Positions 35,758 through 47,200 of a stretch of 64,000 bases of DNA are shown here, one piece after another. The stretch lies in NCBI GenBank assembly GCA_046290465.1, contig JBKAGP010000001.1, positions 2,976,001-3,040,000 of the forward strand, written 5' to 3'. Below the pieces are notes generated by a model that had not been told where the DNA came from, did not search any database, and was given only the letters and a program-made list of their open reading frames with translations. The DNA is from Planctomycetota bacterium. Lineage in GTDB: Bacteria > Planctomycetota > UBA1135 > UBA2386. Each line of letters opens with the position of its first letter. Within the stretch, counting starts at the first letter, position 1. The position numbers and the translations under genes are program-made.

Positions 35758-36953
35758 GACGTTTGGAGCGTGCGCTTGCAGACAAGCTGAGGGAACGCAG
35801 TGAAGACCATCCCGGTGAGCCTGTCGGCGGGCCCGGTCAGCGGATCGGTCACGGCGATCTCCAATTCGGTGGCGTAGCTGGCAACTGCGAGCTGCACCTC
35901 GGCGTCGGTCATGTTCTCGTGGTTGATGGTGAGTCCAATCACCTTCGTCTTGGCGAACATCTCGATGAGGCGGATTTCGTCGGCAGGACTCGGCATCGGC
36001 ATGCCTTCGAAGTCACATCGGTGTGACCGAGCCGGTGCATGCTGCAGGATGACGCCATCGGGGTGGCAGCCACGCAAGATGAGACTCGACGTCGAGAACG
36101 CTGGATGGCTCAGCGATCCCTGCCCCTCGATGACGATCACGTCCGGTTGCTCCTTCTCGAAGGCTTCCAGAATGGTCGCTTCGAGCTCTCCGGAGCAGAA
36201 TTGCGAAGGCACTGCGTCCAGCGCGACACCGTAGCGGGCCCCCTGGATCAACCCGGTCTGCCCCGTGCCCACCAGCACCGCGTTCAGCCCCAACTCGTTG
36301 AGTTCCTTCGTCAGTATGGTCGCCGTCGTTCGCTTGCCGATTGCGCAGTCGGTGCCGAGCACCGCGATGCGGGGGCACGTGACCTCGGCGATGCGACCGG
36401 TGAACAACCGCAGCTCCCGTTTCGAGCGGGGCTTCCTGATGTCGAGAATGCGCACGCCGTGCGCTGCGCTCGCCGCCAGGAACTCGGCGTCTTCGCTCAG
36501 GAACTCGTGCAGGCCGTTGACGACGTGCATGCCCAGGGCCATCGCGCTCAAGACGACGCCTCGCTCCTTCTTGCTCATCATGCCACTCGCCGGTGCCATG
36601 CCGAAGATGAAGGAGTCCGGCACGAACTCGGCGCTGGACAGCGCATGCTCCAGGTCGCGACAGATCGGGATCGCCTTGTGCTTTTCCCCGAGGGCGACAC
36701 CGGCGTCTTGTCCGGCAAGCGCGCTGTCGATCACCGAGAGGATCCTGTAGCGCTCCGAATGGCGGACCAGCCCGTTGGCGGTCTTGCCATCGATGGCCCC
36801 GAAGTTCCCCTCGCAGTACACGACTGCGGTAGTGGTGTCGACATCGTCGATGGCGGCCGGCGTCATCATCGCCAGGGCCATTTCGCCAGGGTCCATCAGG
36901 GCGGGCGGCGAAAGCGGATTCCGGGACGGGACCGGTCGCGTGGGGTCAGACAT
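35754..36953 (-). CDS. DUF1611 family P-loop protein (DgcN-like N-acetyltransferase family)
   Basis: GKTANGLVRHS, VNGLHEFL, GTDCAIGKRTT, GTGQTG, IEGQGSLSHP; ATG 36953 has a GAGGAG RBS; overlaps the racemase start. Confidence 0.88.
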   Translation of the reverse strand: MSDPTRPVPSRNPLSPPALMDPGEMALAMMTPAAIDDVDTTTAVVYCEGNFGAIDGKTANGLVRHSERYRILSVIDSALAGQDAGVALGEKHKAIPICRDLEHALSSAEFVPDSFIFGMAPASGMMSKKERGVVLSAMALGMHVVNGLHEFLSEDAEFLAASAAHGVRILDIRKPRSKRELRLFTGRIAEVTCPRIAVLGTDCAIGKRTTATILTKELNELGLNAVLVGTGQTGLIQGARYGVALDAVPSQFCSGELEATILEAFEKEQPDVIVIEGQGSLSHPAFSTSSLILRGCHPDGVILQHAPARSHRCDFEGMPMPSPADEIRLIEMFAKTKVIGLTINHENMTDAEVQLAVASYATELEIAVTDPLTGPADRLTGMVFTAFPQLVCKRTLQTS

Positions 36954-37678
36954 GCGTACTCCTCGAGCGAGGCTCAGAAGAGGCGACGCGGTCACGACAG
37001 CCCGGATTGGCCGGTCGACGACGCAATCCCCGCCAAGCAACCCACCAACTCTACCGCCGATGCGAGCCAGGTGTTGCCGCGATCCCTGGCCGCCCCAGAT
37101 TTCATCTGATCTTGCGCTGCTTGGCCGGGTTGAACCCGGCGTCTCGACTGCAGCGGGCGCGGCACGCTTCCTCGGCTACGACTGCAGTCGAAGGTCGAGC
37201 GGCGGCGTCGGCTTGTGGTGTGAGGCCTCGACACGGGCGGAGATTCGGCTCCGCGTCGGGTCGAGAGTCTGGGCTTCGTCGAAGGGCATCGTGAATTCGC
37301 TGCCGTGCCGTGCCCACGGTCGCACGCCAACCCTCGGATCGGAAGCTCGCTGGAGAGTGGTGGGGCACTTCGTCGAGCGCGTCGGCCGCGGCCTTTCCCG
37401 AATTCACGATGCGCTCATGCCGGCCCCCTACAATGCCGGAGATTGGGACATCTCCAGCCTCTCAGAATCCTGGGGAAAGGACTGTACGCGGGGATGCCAG
37501 ACGCAACACGCCTCGCCTTCGGCACGTGGTGGCTAGGCCTGAGCGCGTCTCCGCAATCGGCCCCACGGGTCGGTCGGACTGCTCGGCGCCTTGCCTGCGA
37601 TCCGCTTGCTCTCACCCTCTCGGCTCCAACTCGAATCCTCGCTCACTGCGAACACCACCCCGTCAGCCGTCCCATAAC

Positions 37679-38404
37679 ATGGCCTTGAGACTCGATCCGA
37701 GTTGGAGCTCCGATGGAGCATCGACCACACTCCTGCAAGCGGGCGGTCTAGCGGCCGGGCCCGTGCACGAGGCGCCCTCCAACGAACCACGCCCGTCCCA
37801 ACAGGGCCGCGCCGCAATTCTCAAGCGGCTGCTCGACATCGCCGGCTCGGCGACGGCACTCACGCTCTTGTTGCCGGTCTTCGTCCTGTGCGCAGTCGCC
37901 GTGAAGACCAGTAGTCGTGGTTCGGTGTTCTTCCGGCAGATGCGAGTCGGCCAGGATGGCAAGCAGTTCCCCTGTTTCAAGTTTCGCACCATGCACCCGG
38001 GCGCGCACGCTCACCTCGAAGACCTGCGGGGCTCGAACATCCAGGACGGCCCGGCCTTCAAGATCCGGCGCGACCCACGCATCACGCGCGTCGGCTGCAT
38101 CCTGCGCAAGTTCAGCCTCGACGAGCTGCCGCAGTTCCTCAACGTGCTGTTGGGCCACATGAGCATCGTCGGTCCACGGCCGGCCATCCCCGCCGAGGTC
38201 GCCAAGTACACGCATTGGCAAAGCCGCCGCATCTCGGTGAAGCCGGGGATCACCTGCATCTGGCAGATCTATGGCCGCAACCGCGTCTCGTTCGATCGCT
38301 GGGTGGCCATGGACCTCTACTACATCGACAACTGGTCGTTGCTGCTCGATCTCCAGCTGATCGTGCGGACCGTCGGGGCTGTTGTTCGAGGCAACGGCAT
38401 GTGA
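37679..38404 (+). CDS. Bacterial sugar transferase (polyprenyl-phosphate phosphoglycosyltransferase)
   Basis: [62 protein letters not shown]. Confidence 0.92.
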   Translation: MALRLDPSWSSDGASTTLLQAGGLAAGPVHEAPSNEPRPSQQGRAAILKRLLDIAGSATALTLLLPVFVLCAVAVKTSSRGSVFFRQMRVGQDGKQFPCFKFRTMHPGAHAHLEDLRGSNIQDGPAFKIRRDPRITRVGCILRKFSLDELPQFLNVLLGHMSIVGPRPAIPAEVAKYTHWQSRRISVKPGITCIWQIYGRNRVSFDRWVAMDLYYIDNWSLLLDLQLIVRTVGAVVRGNGM

Positions 38405-38715
38405 TCCGCGACACAGAGGCACGGCTACCGGCCGCCGCGCGGTTGCGACGAGCTGTCGGATCGATCGGCGTACGTGCTCGGACCTGCCGAGCGCGCATGC
38501 CGACGAGCGTTCGGGTCGCGCCGCCCCGAACGACCCTGGCTCGCGCACTCGCGCCGAACGTGCCTCGACCGACCCGGAGGGGCTGAGACCAGGTGGAGAT
38601 CTTCTGGTTCGTCCTTCTCGCCATGCACGGCGTGGTGACCCTCACGGCATGGCTCGACATCCTGCTGCACTACCGACGCTCGACCGCAGCGGTGGTGTCA
38701 CAGACCGCCCTATGA

Positions 38716-38820
38716 GAGCCACTCCGGTTCGCCCAAGCGGAGCCACCGCCAGTTCGGCCAAACGGAGCCAGGCCAGTTCGGCAGAACGGAGCCACCCTGG
38801 TTCGGCCAAGCGGAGCCACC
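38716..38820 (+). repeat. IS21 left-end subterminal repeats (~24-bp unit GGAGCCAC..CAGTTCGGCCAAnC, four copies plus a partial)
   Basis: Tandem imperfect copies; inverted copies at 41212-41234 and 41317-41349 near the right end. Confidence 0.85.
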
Positions 38821-38913
38821 TGTGACGGGTTGAGCCGGAAGCGAGTCTGGAACTGGGTGAGCCCCCTGCCACCCGGGATCTTCGAGGAATCACTTACCCC
38901 CTCGAGGAACCAG

Positions 38914-40572
38914 ATGGGCAGGAGGCTCAGCATGCATCGTCTACAAGATCTCGTCCGACTCCACCGCGAAGGCGTCCCCGGCCGCACGGCGGCCCGCCTT
39001 CTGAAGATGGGGCGCAACACGATCGCCCGCTACACGAAGGCGCTGTCGGCGGCCGGCCTGCTGAGCGGCGACCCGAGAGACCTACCAGCCATCGAGGAGC
39101 TTCGCGCCGCGGTCGACGAACACGCGCCGCCGAGCACGCCGCCGCAGCAGAAGTCATCGATCGAACGATGGCTGCCGATCGTCGATGCAAAGTCCGACGA
39201 AGGCGTGCCGCCGACGGCGATCTTCGACTTCCTTCGGCTCGAGCACTCGGACTTCGCGGGCAGCCTGTCGGCGATCAAGCGCCGCTGCGCGGCCCTGCGC
39301 CGCGAACGCGGCGTGCAGCCAGGCGAGGTGACGATGCCCGTCGAGACGGCGGTCGGCGACGTCGCGCAAGTCGACTTCGGCTACGTCGGCAAGCTCTACG
39401 ACCCCGAGTCGGGCAAGGAAAAGAAGGCGTGGGTCTTCGTGATGACGCTCGGCCACAGCCGGCACATGGTCGCGCGCCTCGCCTTTGACCAGAAGGTCGA
39501 GACGTGGCTGCGCTTGCACATCGAGTGCTTCGAAGAACTCGGCGGCGTGCCGAAGACGATCGTGCCCGACAACCTGAAGGCGGCGGTCGTCCGCGCTGCC
39601 TTCGGCGTCGACGACGAGGTCACGCTCAACCGCAGCTACCGCGAGCTCGCGCGCCACTACGGCTTCGTCGTCGACCCGACGCCGCCACGCAGCCCGGAGA
39701 AGAAGGGCAAGGTCGAGTCGTCGGTGCGCTACGTGAAGTCCAGCTACTTCAAAGCGCACGCGCCCGAAGACGTCCGCGACGCGCGCGTCGGCATGCAGCG
39801 ATGGCTGATCGACATCGCCGGCCAACGACGTCACGGCACGACGGACCAGCGACCTGCCGACGTCTTCGCCCAGCGCGAGAAAGACGCGCTGCTGCCGCTG
39901 CCGCGTGAGCGCATGCAACTGGTCGCATGGCACCGCGCCAAGGTGCATCGCGACTGCCACGTCGTGTGCCGCGGCGAGTTCTACTCGGCGCCCTGGAACC
40001 TCGTCGGGGAGCACGTAGAGCTGCGTTTGACGCGTTTCGCGGTCACGCTCTACCACGACGACAAGCACGTCTGCACGCACGATCGCGTGTCGCGCGGCAA
40101 GCGTGCGACGATCGAATCGCACCTGCCCGACCAGCGGTCCGCGCTGCGGCACCGAAGCCGCGATCACTGGCAGTCCCTGGCCTACGAGATCGGCAAGCCC
40201 GTCGGCGACTACGTGGCGGCGATCTTCGATTCGGACGACGTGCTCCACAAGCTGCGCCAGGTCCAGGCGGTCGTCACGCACTTGCAGCGATTCCCCGTCG
40301 AGCGCGCCAACGCGGCGTGCATCCGGGCCATGCACTACGGCAACCAGTCCTACGCCGGGATCAAAGACATCCTCCGGCGCGGCCTCGACCTGATCCCGAT
40401 CCCCGGCGATGGCGATCGTCTTGCCAGCCACTGGTCGAACAAGCCGCGCTTCTCCCGTGTCCCATCAAGAGCCACCGATGCCCACGATCCAAGACCTGAC
40501 CAGCGTGCTGAAGAAGCTCCGACTCTCTGGCGTCCTCGAGACGATGGAACTCCGCGAGCGGCAAGCGAGTGA
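38914..40572 (+). CDS. istA: IS21-family transposase IstA
   Basis: N-terminal HTH, QVDFG, VPDNLKAAV, PEKKGKVESSVRYVK, HGTT, YSAP; start 38914 or 38932. Confidence 0.95.
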   Translation: MGRRLSMHRLQDLVRLHREGVPGRTAARLLKMGRNTIARYTKALSAAGLLSGDPRDLPAIEELRAAVDEHAPPSTPPQQKSSIERWLPIVDAKSDEGVPPTAIFDFLRLEHSDFAGSLSAIKRRCAALRRERGVQPGEVTMPVETAVGDVAQVDFGYVGKLYDPESGKEKKAWVFVMTLGHSRHMVARLAFDQKVETWLRLHIECFEELGGVPKTIVPDNLKAAVVRAAFGVDDEVTLNRSYRELARHYGFVVDPTPPRSPEKKGKVESSVRYVKSSYFKAHAPEDVRDARVGMQRWLIDIAGQRRHGTTDQRPADVFAQREKDALLPLPRERMQLVAWHRAKVHRDCHVVCRGEFYSAPWNLVGEHVELRLTRFAVTLYHDDKHVCTHDRVSRGKRATIESHLPDQRSALRHRSRDHWQSLAYEIGKPVGDYVAAIFDSDDVLHKLRQVQAVVTHLQRFPVERANAACIRAMHYGNQSYAGIKDILRRGLDLIPIPGDGDRLASHWSNKPRFSRVPSRATDAHDPRPDQRAEEAPTLWRPRDDGTPRAASE

Positions 40573-41212
40573 CGACAACCTGAGCAACCGCGACTTCCTG
40601 TTTCGCGTGCTCAACGACGAGGTCGAGCGGCGCGAGGCCAAGCAGCTTCACCTGCGCCTTCGCCGCGCCGCCTTCGACTGCCAGCGAACGATCGAAGACT
40701 TCGACTTCGCCTACAACCCGCAGATCCCCAAGGCCAAGATCGTGGACCTGGCGACGTGCCATTTCGTCGAGCGACACGAGAACGTGCTGCTCGTCGGCCC
40801 GACCGGCGTCGGCAAGTCGCACCTCGCGCAGGCGCTCGGTCACCGCGCGTGTCGCGCTGGCTACTCGGTGCTCTACGTCGCCGCGCACGAGATGCTGACC
40901 AAGCTGCGCGCGTCGCGAGCCGACGGCAGCTACGACCGATGCCTCGCCAAGTTTGCGAGCCCCGACCTGCTGATCATCGACGATCTCGGGCTGCGACCGT
41001 TGGAGAACGACGAGCCCATCGACCTCTACGAGGTCATCCGGCAACGCTACGAGCGCGGCGCGATGATCGTCACGAGCAACCGTGCGCTCGAGGAATGGCC
41101 GCCGCTCTTCGTCGATGAGCTGCTCGCCAGCGCGGCGATGGACCGCGTGCAGCACCATGCCCACGTCGTCGTCATCGATGGGCGGTCTTTCCGCCAACCG
41201 CGGAGCGCGTAG
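40478..41212 (+). CDS. istB: IS21-family helper ATPase IstB
   Basis: LKKLRLSG, TIEDFDF, GPTGVGKSHLA, LLIIDDLG, IVTSN, DRVQHH. Confidence 0.95.
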   Translation: MPTIQDLTSVLKKLRLSGVLETMELRERQASDDNLSNRDFLFRVLNDEVERREAKQLHLRLRRAAFDCQRTIEDFDFAYNPQIPKAKIVDLATCHFVERHENVLLVGPTGVGKSHLAQALGHRACRAGYSVLYVAAHEMLTKLRASRADGSYDRCLAKFASPDLLIIDDLGLRPLENDEPIDLYEVIRQRYERGAMIVTSNRALEEWPPLFVDELLASAAMDRVQHHAHVVVIDGRSFRQPRSA

Positions 41213-42833
41213 TGGCTCCGTTTGGCCGAACTGGGCGCGATTCCTGCCGAACGCGATCAGGCTTCTGTGCCAATCCCGAAACGTCGCCTGTGCCAGTCCG
41301 AATCCGGCTTCGAGAGGTGGCTCCGAATGGCCGAACTGGGGTGGCTCCGATGAGGCGGCCCTTGACAGGTGGCGTGGTTGTTCAGCGTGGCGACGCTGCC
41401 GCTGCTCGGTGTCCTCGTCTACCTGGCCTTCGGTGTCTACCGCGGTCCCCATCGCATCCGCCGGCTACGGCAACGCGCGAGCATCGTGCGCGCCACTCGC
41501 AACCGTCGTGAAGGCCGGAGCGAGACGGCCTACCGGCGAGATTTCGCCCACTCGGGTTTCGCGACGCTGATGGCCAAGACGTGCACCTTCCCGCTTACCT
41601 CGGCCAACACGATCAAGGTGTTCGACAGCGACACCGAGGCTCTCGCGCGGCAATTGGAGTGCATCGCCGACGCCGAACGCGAGGTCGTGCTCTTGACCTA
41701 CATCCTCGTCACGGGCCAGATCCAGCGATCGCTGTTCGCGGCGCTCGCCACGGCCGCGCGACGCGGGGTCGCCGTTCGCCTGCTCGTCGACGGGTTCGGG
41801 TCCTATCGCCTCACCAGGCGCAGCATCCGCGAGCTCGAGACCAGTGGCGTCGAGACGCGGTTCTTCCAGCAACCGAATCCGCTGCGCGGACGGTTCCAGA
41901 TCAACTTCCGCAACCACCGCAAGCTGCTCGCGGTCGATGGCCAGGTGGCCTTCACCGGCGGCCGCAACTGGAGCGATAAGTACTACTCCAGCGCGCCCGG
42001 CCCGACGTTCCGCGACACCAGCTTCGAGGTGCGCGGGAGTGCACTGATCGACATGCGCCGGGTCTTCTTCGAGGACTGGACACTCGCGGGCGGTCGGCCC
42101 GAGCCACCTCAGGTCGAAGAACTCCCCGGGCTCGGCACCGTCGATGGCGGCGACGTGGAGATCCGAGTCCTGCCCGCCGGACTGGACGAGCCCATCGACG
42201 ACATCGCGACCGTGCTCTGCGCGGCGTTTCGGAGCGCGCGCCACAGCATCCTGATCGTGACTCCCTACTTCGTGCCGGCCCCACGCTCCTACGACGCCCT
42301 GCGGCTCGCTGCACTAAGCGGCGTCGACGTGCGCATCCTGGCGCCACGGCATAGCGGCCGACTGGCGATCGACTTGGCGGCCGCGAGTTGCTTCCGGCGT
42401 CTTCTTCAGGTCGGCGTCAGGATCTGGCTCCGACCCGCTCCGTTTCTGCACAGCAAGGCGATCGTGGTCGACGAAGCTTGGGCGACCGTGGGGAGCGTCA
42501 ACTTCGACGCGCGCTCGATGGAGCTGAACTTCGAACTCAACCTGGAGGTCGTCGATCGCGCGTTCGCGAGCAGGTTGCGCGCGCACTTCGACCAGGACTT
42601 CGAGGTGTCGACCGAACTCGATGCAGGCGAGTTCGCGAGGCCTCCGACTATCACGAGGCGGCTCTTGGAGAACATCGCGTCGATTTTCGCCCCGATCCTG
42701 TGAACGCCACACCCCCCGTTCGTCCGAGCGCGGCAAGTCGGTGGCAACCAAGCGTCTGCGCCGCGGGACGCGGGCCTTCCAGGCACGTGAGTCCCACGCC
42801 GGGCCGCTTCGCCGAGGCGCGGTCCAGCTCGTC

Positions 42834-44210
42834 CTATCGTGGTACAGGCTCCTGGCCGCCGGGCGCGTTGCACGAGGCAACACCTCTCGAGCCCCCGACC
42901 GGCCACGCCATCACGGTGATGCCGATGACCGCCGAGACGGCCGATGCGACGAGCACGCCGAGTTTCGCTCCGTCGATCGTCGCAGCGTCGAATGCCAGGT
43001 CGGCGATGAACAGCGCCATCGTGAACCCGATGCCGGCGAGGAAGCCGGCTCCGACCAGCATGCGCCAGCCGATGCCAGCCGGCCGCCTGGCCATGCCAAC
43101 GCGAACCGCCAACCAAGCAAAGCTGACCACGCCGAGAGGTTTGCCGACCGCGAAGCCGAGCACGATCGCGAGCGCGACCGGGTTCGCCGGATCGGCTCCG
43201 GACAGCGGGATGCCAGCGTTGGCCAGAGCGAACAGCGGCATGACCAGGACACTGACCCACGGGTGCAGCGTCAGCTCCAGGCGCTCGACCGGCGACATCG
43301 TCTCCCGAACGGCGGCTCCGGCGAGCACCCATGACGCGCGGGCAGTGTCGGCATCAACACGCGCGTCCCCGTTCGGGACGGCCTCCATCCTTCCCAGGAT
43401 CCTGCGCAGACGGCTCTGGCTCACCCACGCACGCGCCGGCGTGAGCAGTCCGAGGCAGACGCCGGTGATCGTGGCGTGCAGACCGGAGGCGTCGATGGCC
43501 ACCCAACACGCACCCCCGACCAGCACGTAGACGGCCACGTTCCGGATGCCGACGACCGCCAGCACACGGACACAGACGAGCCCGCCGGCACCGATCGCGA
43601 GCGCCCCCCAGGAGATCGGCCCGCTGTACCCAATCGCCACCACGAGGATGGCGCCGATGTCGTCGACGATGGCCAACGACAGCAGGAACACGCGCAGCCG
43701 TTGCGGGACGCGCCGCCCCAGCAACGCAAGGCACCCGATCACGAACGCGGTGTCGGTCGCCATCACCGCGCCCCAACCGTGCGCGCCCACCTCGCCGCCC
43801 TGCAGCAGCAAGTACAGCCCCGCCGGGACGAGCATGCCGCCGACCGCCGCGGCGATCGAGAAGGCCGCCTGCCGGGGACTGCGCAGCTCCCCGAGCACCA
43901 GCTCGCGCTTGAGCTCGAGGGCGACGACGAAGAAGAACAGCGTCATCAACCCGTCGCCAATCCACTCACGCACGGCGCGCGTGAAGTCGAGATCCCCGAA
44001 CCGCACACCCAGCGGCAGCTCCCAGAACCTCTCGTACGCGTGAGCCCACGGCGAGTTGGCGGCGGCCAGCGCAATCAGCGTTGCCAACAGCAGCAACATG
44101 CCGCCGAGTGACTCGATGTGCAGGAAACGCGACACCGACCGCGTGAATGGGTCGGCGAACCCTCGGGGCAGCCGGGAACTCGCCGTCGTCGCTCGCGGCA
44201 GATGGCTCAT
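42834..44210 (-). CDS. nhaA: Na+/H+ antiporter NhaA
   Basis: [58 protein letters not shown]. Confidence 0.93.
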   Translation of the reverse strand: MSHLPRATTASSRLPRGFADPFTRSVSRFLHIESLGGMLLLLATLIALAAANSPWAHAYERFWELPLGVRFGDLDFTRAVREWIGDGLMTLFFFVVALELKRELVLGELRSPRQAAFSIAAAVGGMLVPAGLYLLLQGGEVGAHGWGAVMATDTAFVIGCLALLGRRVPQRLRVFLLSLAIVDDIGAILVVAIGYSGPISWGALAIGAGGLVCVRVLAVVGIRNVAVYVLVGGACWVAIDASGLHATITGVCLGLLTPARAWVSQSRLRRILGRMEAVPNGDARVDADTARASWVLAGAAVRETMSPVERLELTLHPWVSVLVMPLFALANAGIPLSGADPANPVALAIVLGFAVGKPLGVVSFAWLAVRVGMARRPAGIGWRMLVGAGFLAGIGFTMALFIADLAFDAATIDGAKLGVLVASAVSAVIGITVMAWPVGGSRGVASCNAPGGQEPVPR

Positions 44211-47200
44211 TCCCGTTCCGACGCCCCCCCGCCGCGGTCGACCCGGCCGGCGTCGCCAGCGTGCTCGGCGAGGATGACGACCCGCAGACACCGCGTCCGC
44301 CCATCGTCGACCAACGGGATCACGCCCGGATCTACGGTGGCGCCATCGAGCCGAGCTTCGACGATGCCGGCGGCTACGCGGTCCGGGTTGTCCACCTCGA
44401 TCTCGTAGGTGCTGCGGCCATGGCGCCACGTCGCGGAGAACCCGCGCCAAGAACCGGGAATGCGTGGCGTGATCGACAGGTGCTCACCGTGGCGCACGAG
44501 GCCGAGGATCGACTCGAGCCCGAGCCGGTACATCCACGCCGCCGAGCCCGTGTACCACGTCCACCCACCACGGCCGAGGTGCGCCGGGTGCGTGTAGACG
44601 TCCGCTGCCAATACGTACGGCTCGACGCGGTAGCGCTCGACGCCGACCGCCGTACGCGCATGGTTCACCGGGTTGAGCATGTGGAACAGCTCCACTGCCT
44701 CGTCGCCGTTGCCGAGTTCGGCGATTGCCATGACGGTCCACAGCGCTGCGTGCGTGTACTGGCCGCCGTTCTCCCGAATGCCAGGCAGGTAACCCTGGAT
44801 GTAGCCCGGGTCCGGGACCGAGGCGTCGAACGGCGGATCCAGCAGCTGCACAAGGCCGGCTTCTCGACGGACGAGATGCATGCGCACCGAGTTGATGGCG
44901 CGCGCGGCGCGGAGCGGCGACGCCGCGCCGGAGAGCACCGCCCAGCTCTGCGAGATCGCATCGATCCGGCATTCGCGCGACTGCGCGGAGCCGAGTGGCG
45001 TGCCATCGTCGAAGTAGGCGCGGCGGTACCATTCGCCGTCCCACGCCTGCTCGAGCATCGCGACCAGGTGCTCACGTTCGGCGCGCCATCGCTCGGCGCG
45101 CGGCCTATCACCCCGCTCGGCGGCGATCGCGGCGAAGTCGCGCAGGATGCAGGCGAGGAACCAACCCAGCCAGACGCTCTCTCCGCGACCGCGCTGGCCC
45201 ACCCGGTTCATCCCGTCGTTCCAGTCCCCGCAACCGATCAGCGGCAGTCCGTGGGAGCCTACCGCCAGACTGGCATCGACGGCGCGGGCACAGTGCTCGT
45301 AGAGCGAGCCGTGCTCCTCCGCGACGGCCGGCTCCCCATAGGCCTCTTGCTCGCCTGGCTGCAGCGGCGGCCCGATCAGGAACGGGATCTGCTCGACGAG
45401 TACGGCCAGATCACCCGTGCACGCGACGTAGTGGGCGACCGCGAACGGCAGCCACAGCCGGTCGTCCGAGCATCGACTTCGAATCCCTCGACCGGTGTGC
45501 CCGTGCCACCAGTGCTGCACGTCACCCTCGACGAACTGCCGCGATGCGCAGCGCAGCAGGTGCGCGCGGTAGAGGTCCGGACGGGCCGTGCCCAGCGCCA
45601 TCACGTCCTGCAGCTGGTCGCGGAAACCGTAGGCCCCGCCGGGCTGATGGAAGCCGGTGCGGCCCCAGAGCCGCGAGCTCACCGTCTGGTACAGCAGGAA
45701 CCGGTTCATCATCAGGTCGAACGAGTCGTCCGGCGTTCGGACCTGCACCGCACCCAGGAGCTCGTCCCAGCGCGCCTCGACCTCCGCGAGTGCTCTGCCC
45801 GCCGCTTCGACGCTTCCGAAGCGCTCCGCGAGCTTCAGGGCGTGATCGCGGTCATCACCCTGGCCCAGAAGCACCACCACGTCACGCGTCTCACCAGGTT
45901 CCAGGTCGAGGCGGATCTGCAACGCGGCGCACGGATCCAATCCGGCGCCGAAGCTCCCGGAGAGCGACTCGCGCCGCAGCGCCGCCGGCCTCCGCAGCGA
46001 GCCGTTGCGGCCCAGGAACTCGAGGCGGTCCCCGCTGGCCGAAGCCGGCCGCACGCTGGCGTGCGCGAACGCGACCCGTCCGTGGAAGTCCACGTTGTAG
46101 GCGTTGCGTGCCATCACGGTGCCCCGTTCGGCATCCCGTTCGGTCACGACGAAGGCGTTCTCGCCGGCCCTGGGCGGACACAGCGCCCACTCGACGTATG
46201 AGAAGACGCTGACGCGGCGCGCGACGGCGCTGTGGTTGGTAAGCGCGAGCAGGGTGAACTTGACCGGCTCGTCCGCGTGCACGAACACCGACATCTCGCA
46301 GCCGATGCCCCGGTCGTGGTGCGTGTAGCGCGTGACGCCGGCGCCGTGGCGCGTAATCCAGCGACCGCTCGCCGCCGTGCGCGGCAGCGGCCCGGGCGTG
46401 GCGCCGAACGCGTAGCCGCTGTCCTCGTCCCGCAGGTAGACGGCCTCGCCGCTCCACTCGCCGACGGGGTCGTTGCCGAACGGAGTCAACCGGTTCTCGC
46501 GACTGTTGCCGGCCCATGTCCACATGGCGCCGGTCGCGCCGACGACGCTGCCGAAGCCCTCATTCGCCAGGACGTTGACCCACGGCAACGGCGTATCCGC
46601 GTCCCCCTCGAGCACCACGACGTATTCGCGGCCGTCGACGGTGAAGCCGCCGAGGCCGTTCTGGTGGGTCAGCTCCGGCACCGCGGGCCCCGGCACCGCG
46701 GCCGCGGCGTCCGCGAGTGCCGGGGTCGGACGAGGCACGAAGTCGACCGGCCAAGAAGGCACCGGATCGAGCACGATGAGCTGTTCGGCGAGCGCACCGC
46801 GCGCGCCATCCAGCACCGCCCGGGCACTCACCATCAACAGCGTGCGCGCGGAATCGGACATGCCGTCGCCGCGCAGCAGGAACACGCCGCCAGCACGCTG
46901 CCGCCAGGCGGCCCACGGACCGATCTCGAGCAGGTCGCCGAGCCTCGCGTGCACCTCGTCGAGGTAGCTCGACGGGTGCTCGTTGAGCACGACGACGTCC
47001 ACGGTCAGGCCCATCAAGCGCCAGAGTTCCTGCGCGGAGAGCACCTGGCGCACGAGGCCGTCGTCTTCGCTGCGCACGACCCGTACCAGCAGGATCGGCA
47101 GGTCCCCGGAGATGCCGTGCTGCCAGAGGCCGGATTGACCGAGCGTGTTGTCGGCGAACGCTTCCGGACGCGCCCGCAACGAGGCGTCGGCCCAGAACAC

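Larger units (their letters stand above)
38696..41367 (+). mobile_element. Complete IS21-family insertion sequence (2672 bp) with 5-bp target duplication GGTGG
   Basis: Ends TGTCA...TGACA with ~50-bp imperfect IRs; GGTGG at 38691-38695 and 41368-41372; carries istA and istB. Confidence 0.95.
38593..42703 (+). pseudogene. cls: Cardiolipin synthase (PLD family) interrupted by an IS21-family element; fragments 38593-38695 and 41373-42703
   Basis: Removing the IS and one GGTGG restores a 477-aa ORF MEIFWFVLLAMHG...RRSTAAVAWLFSVATLPLLG; HKD motifs RNHRKLLAVDG and LHSKAIVVD. Confidence 0.9.

Noticed and set aside
38716..38820. Short tandem repeats resembling a mini-CRISPR
   Set aside because: No unique spacers and no cas genes; the copies lie inside the IS left end and recur inverted at the right end, as expected for IS21 transposase-binding repeats
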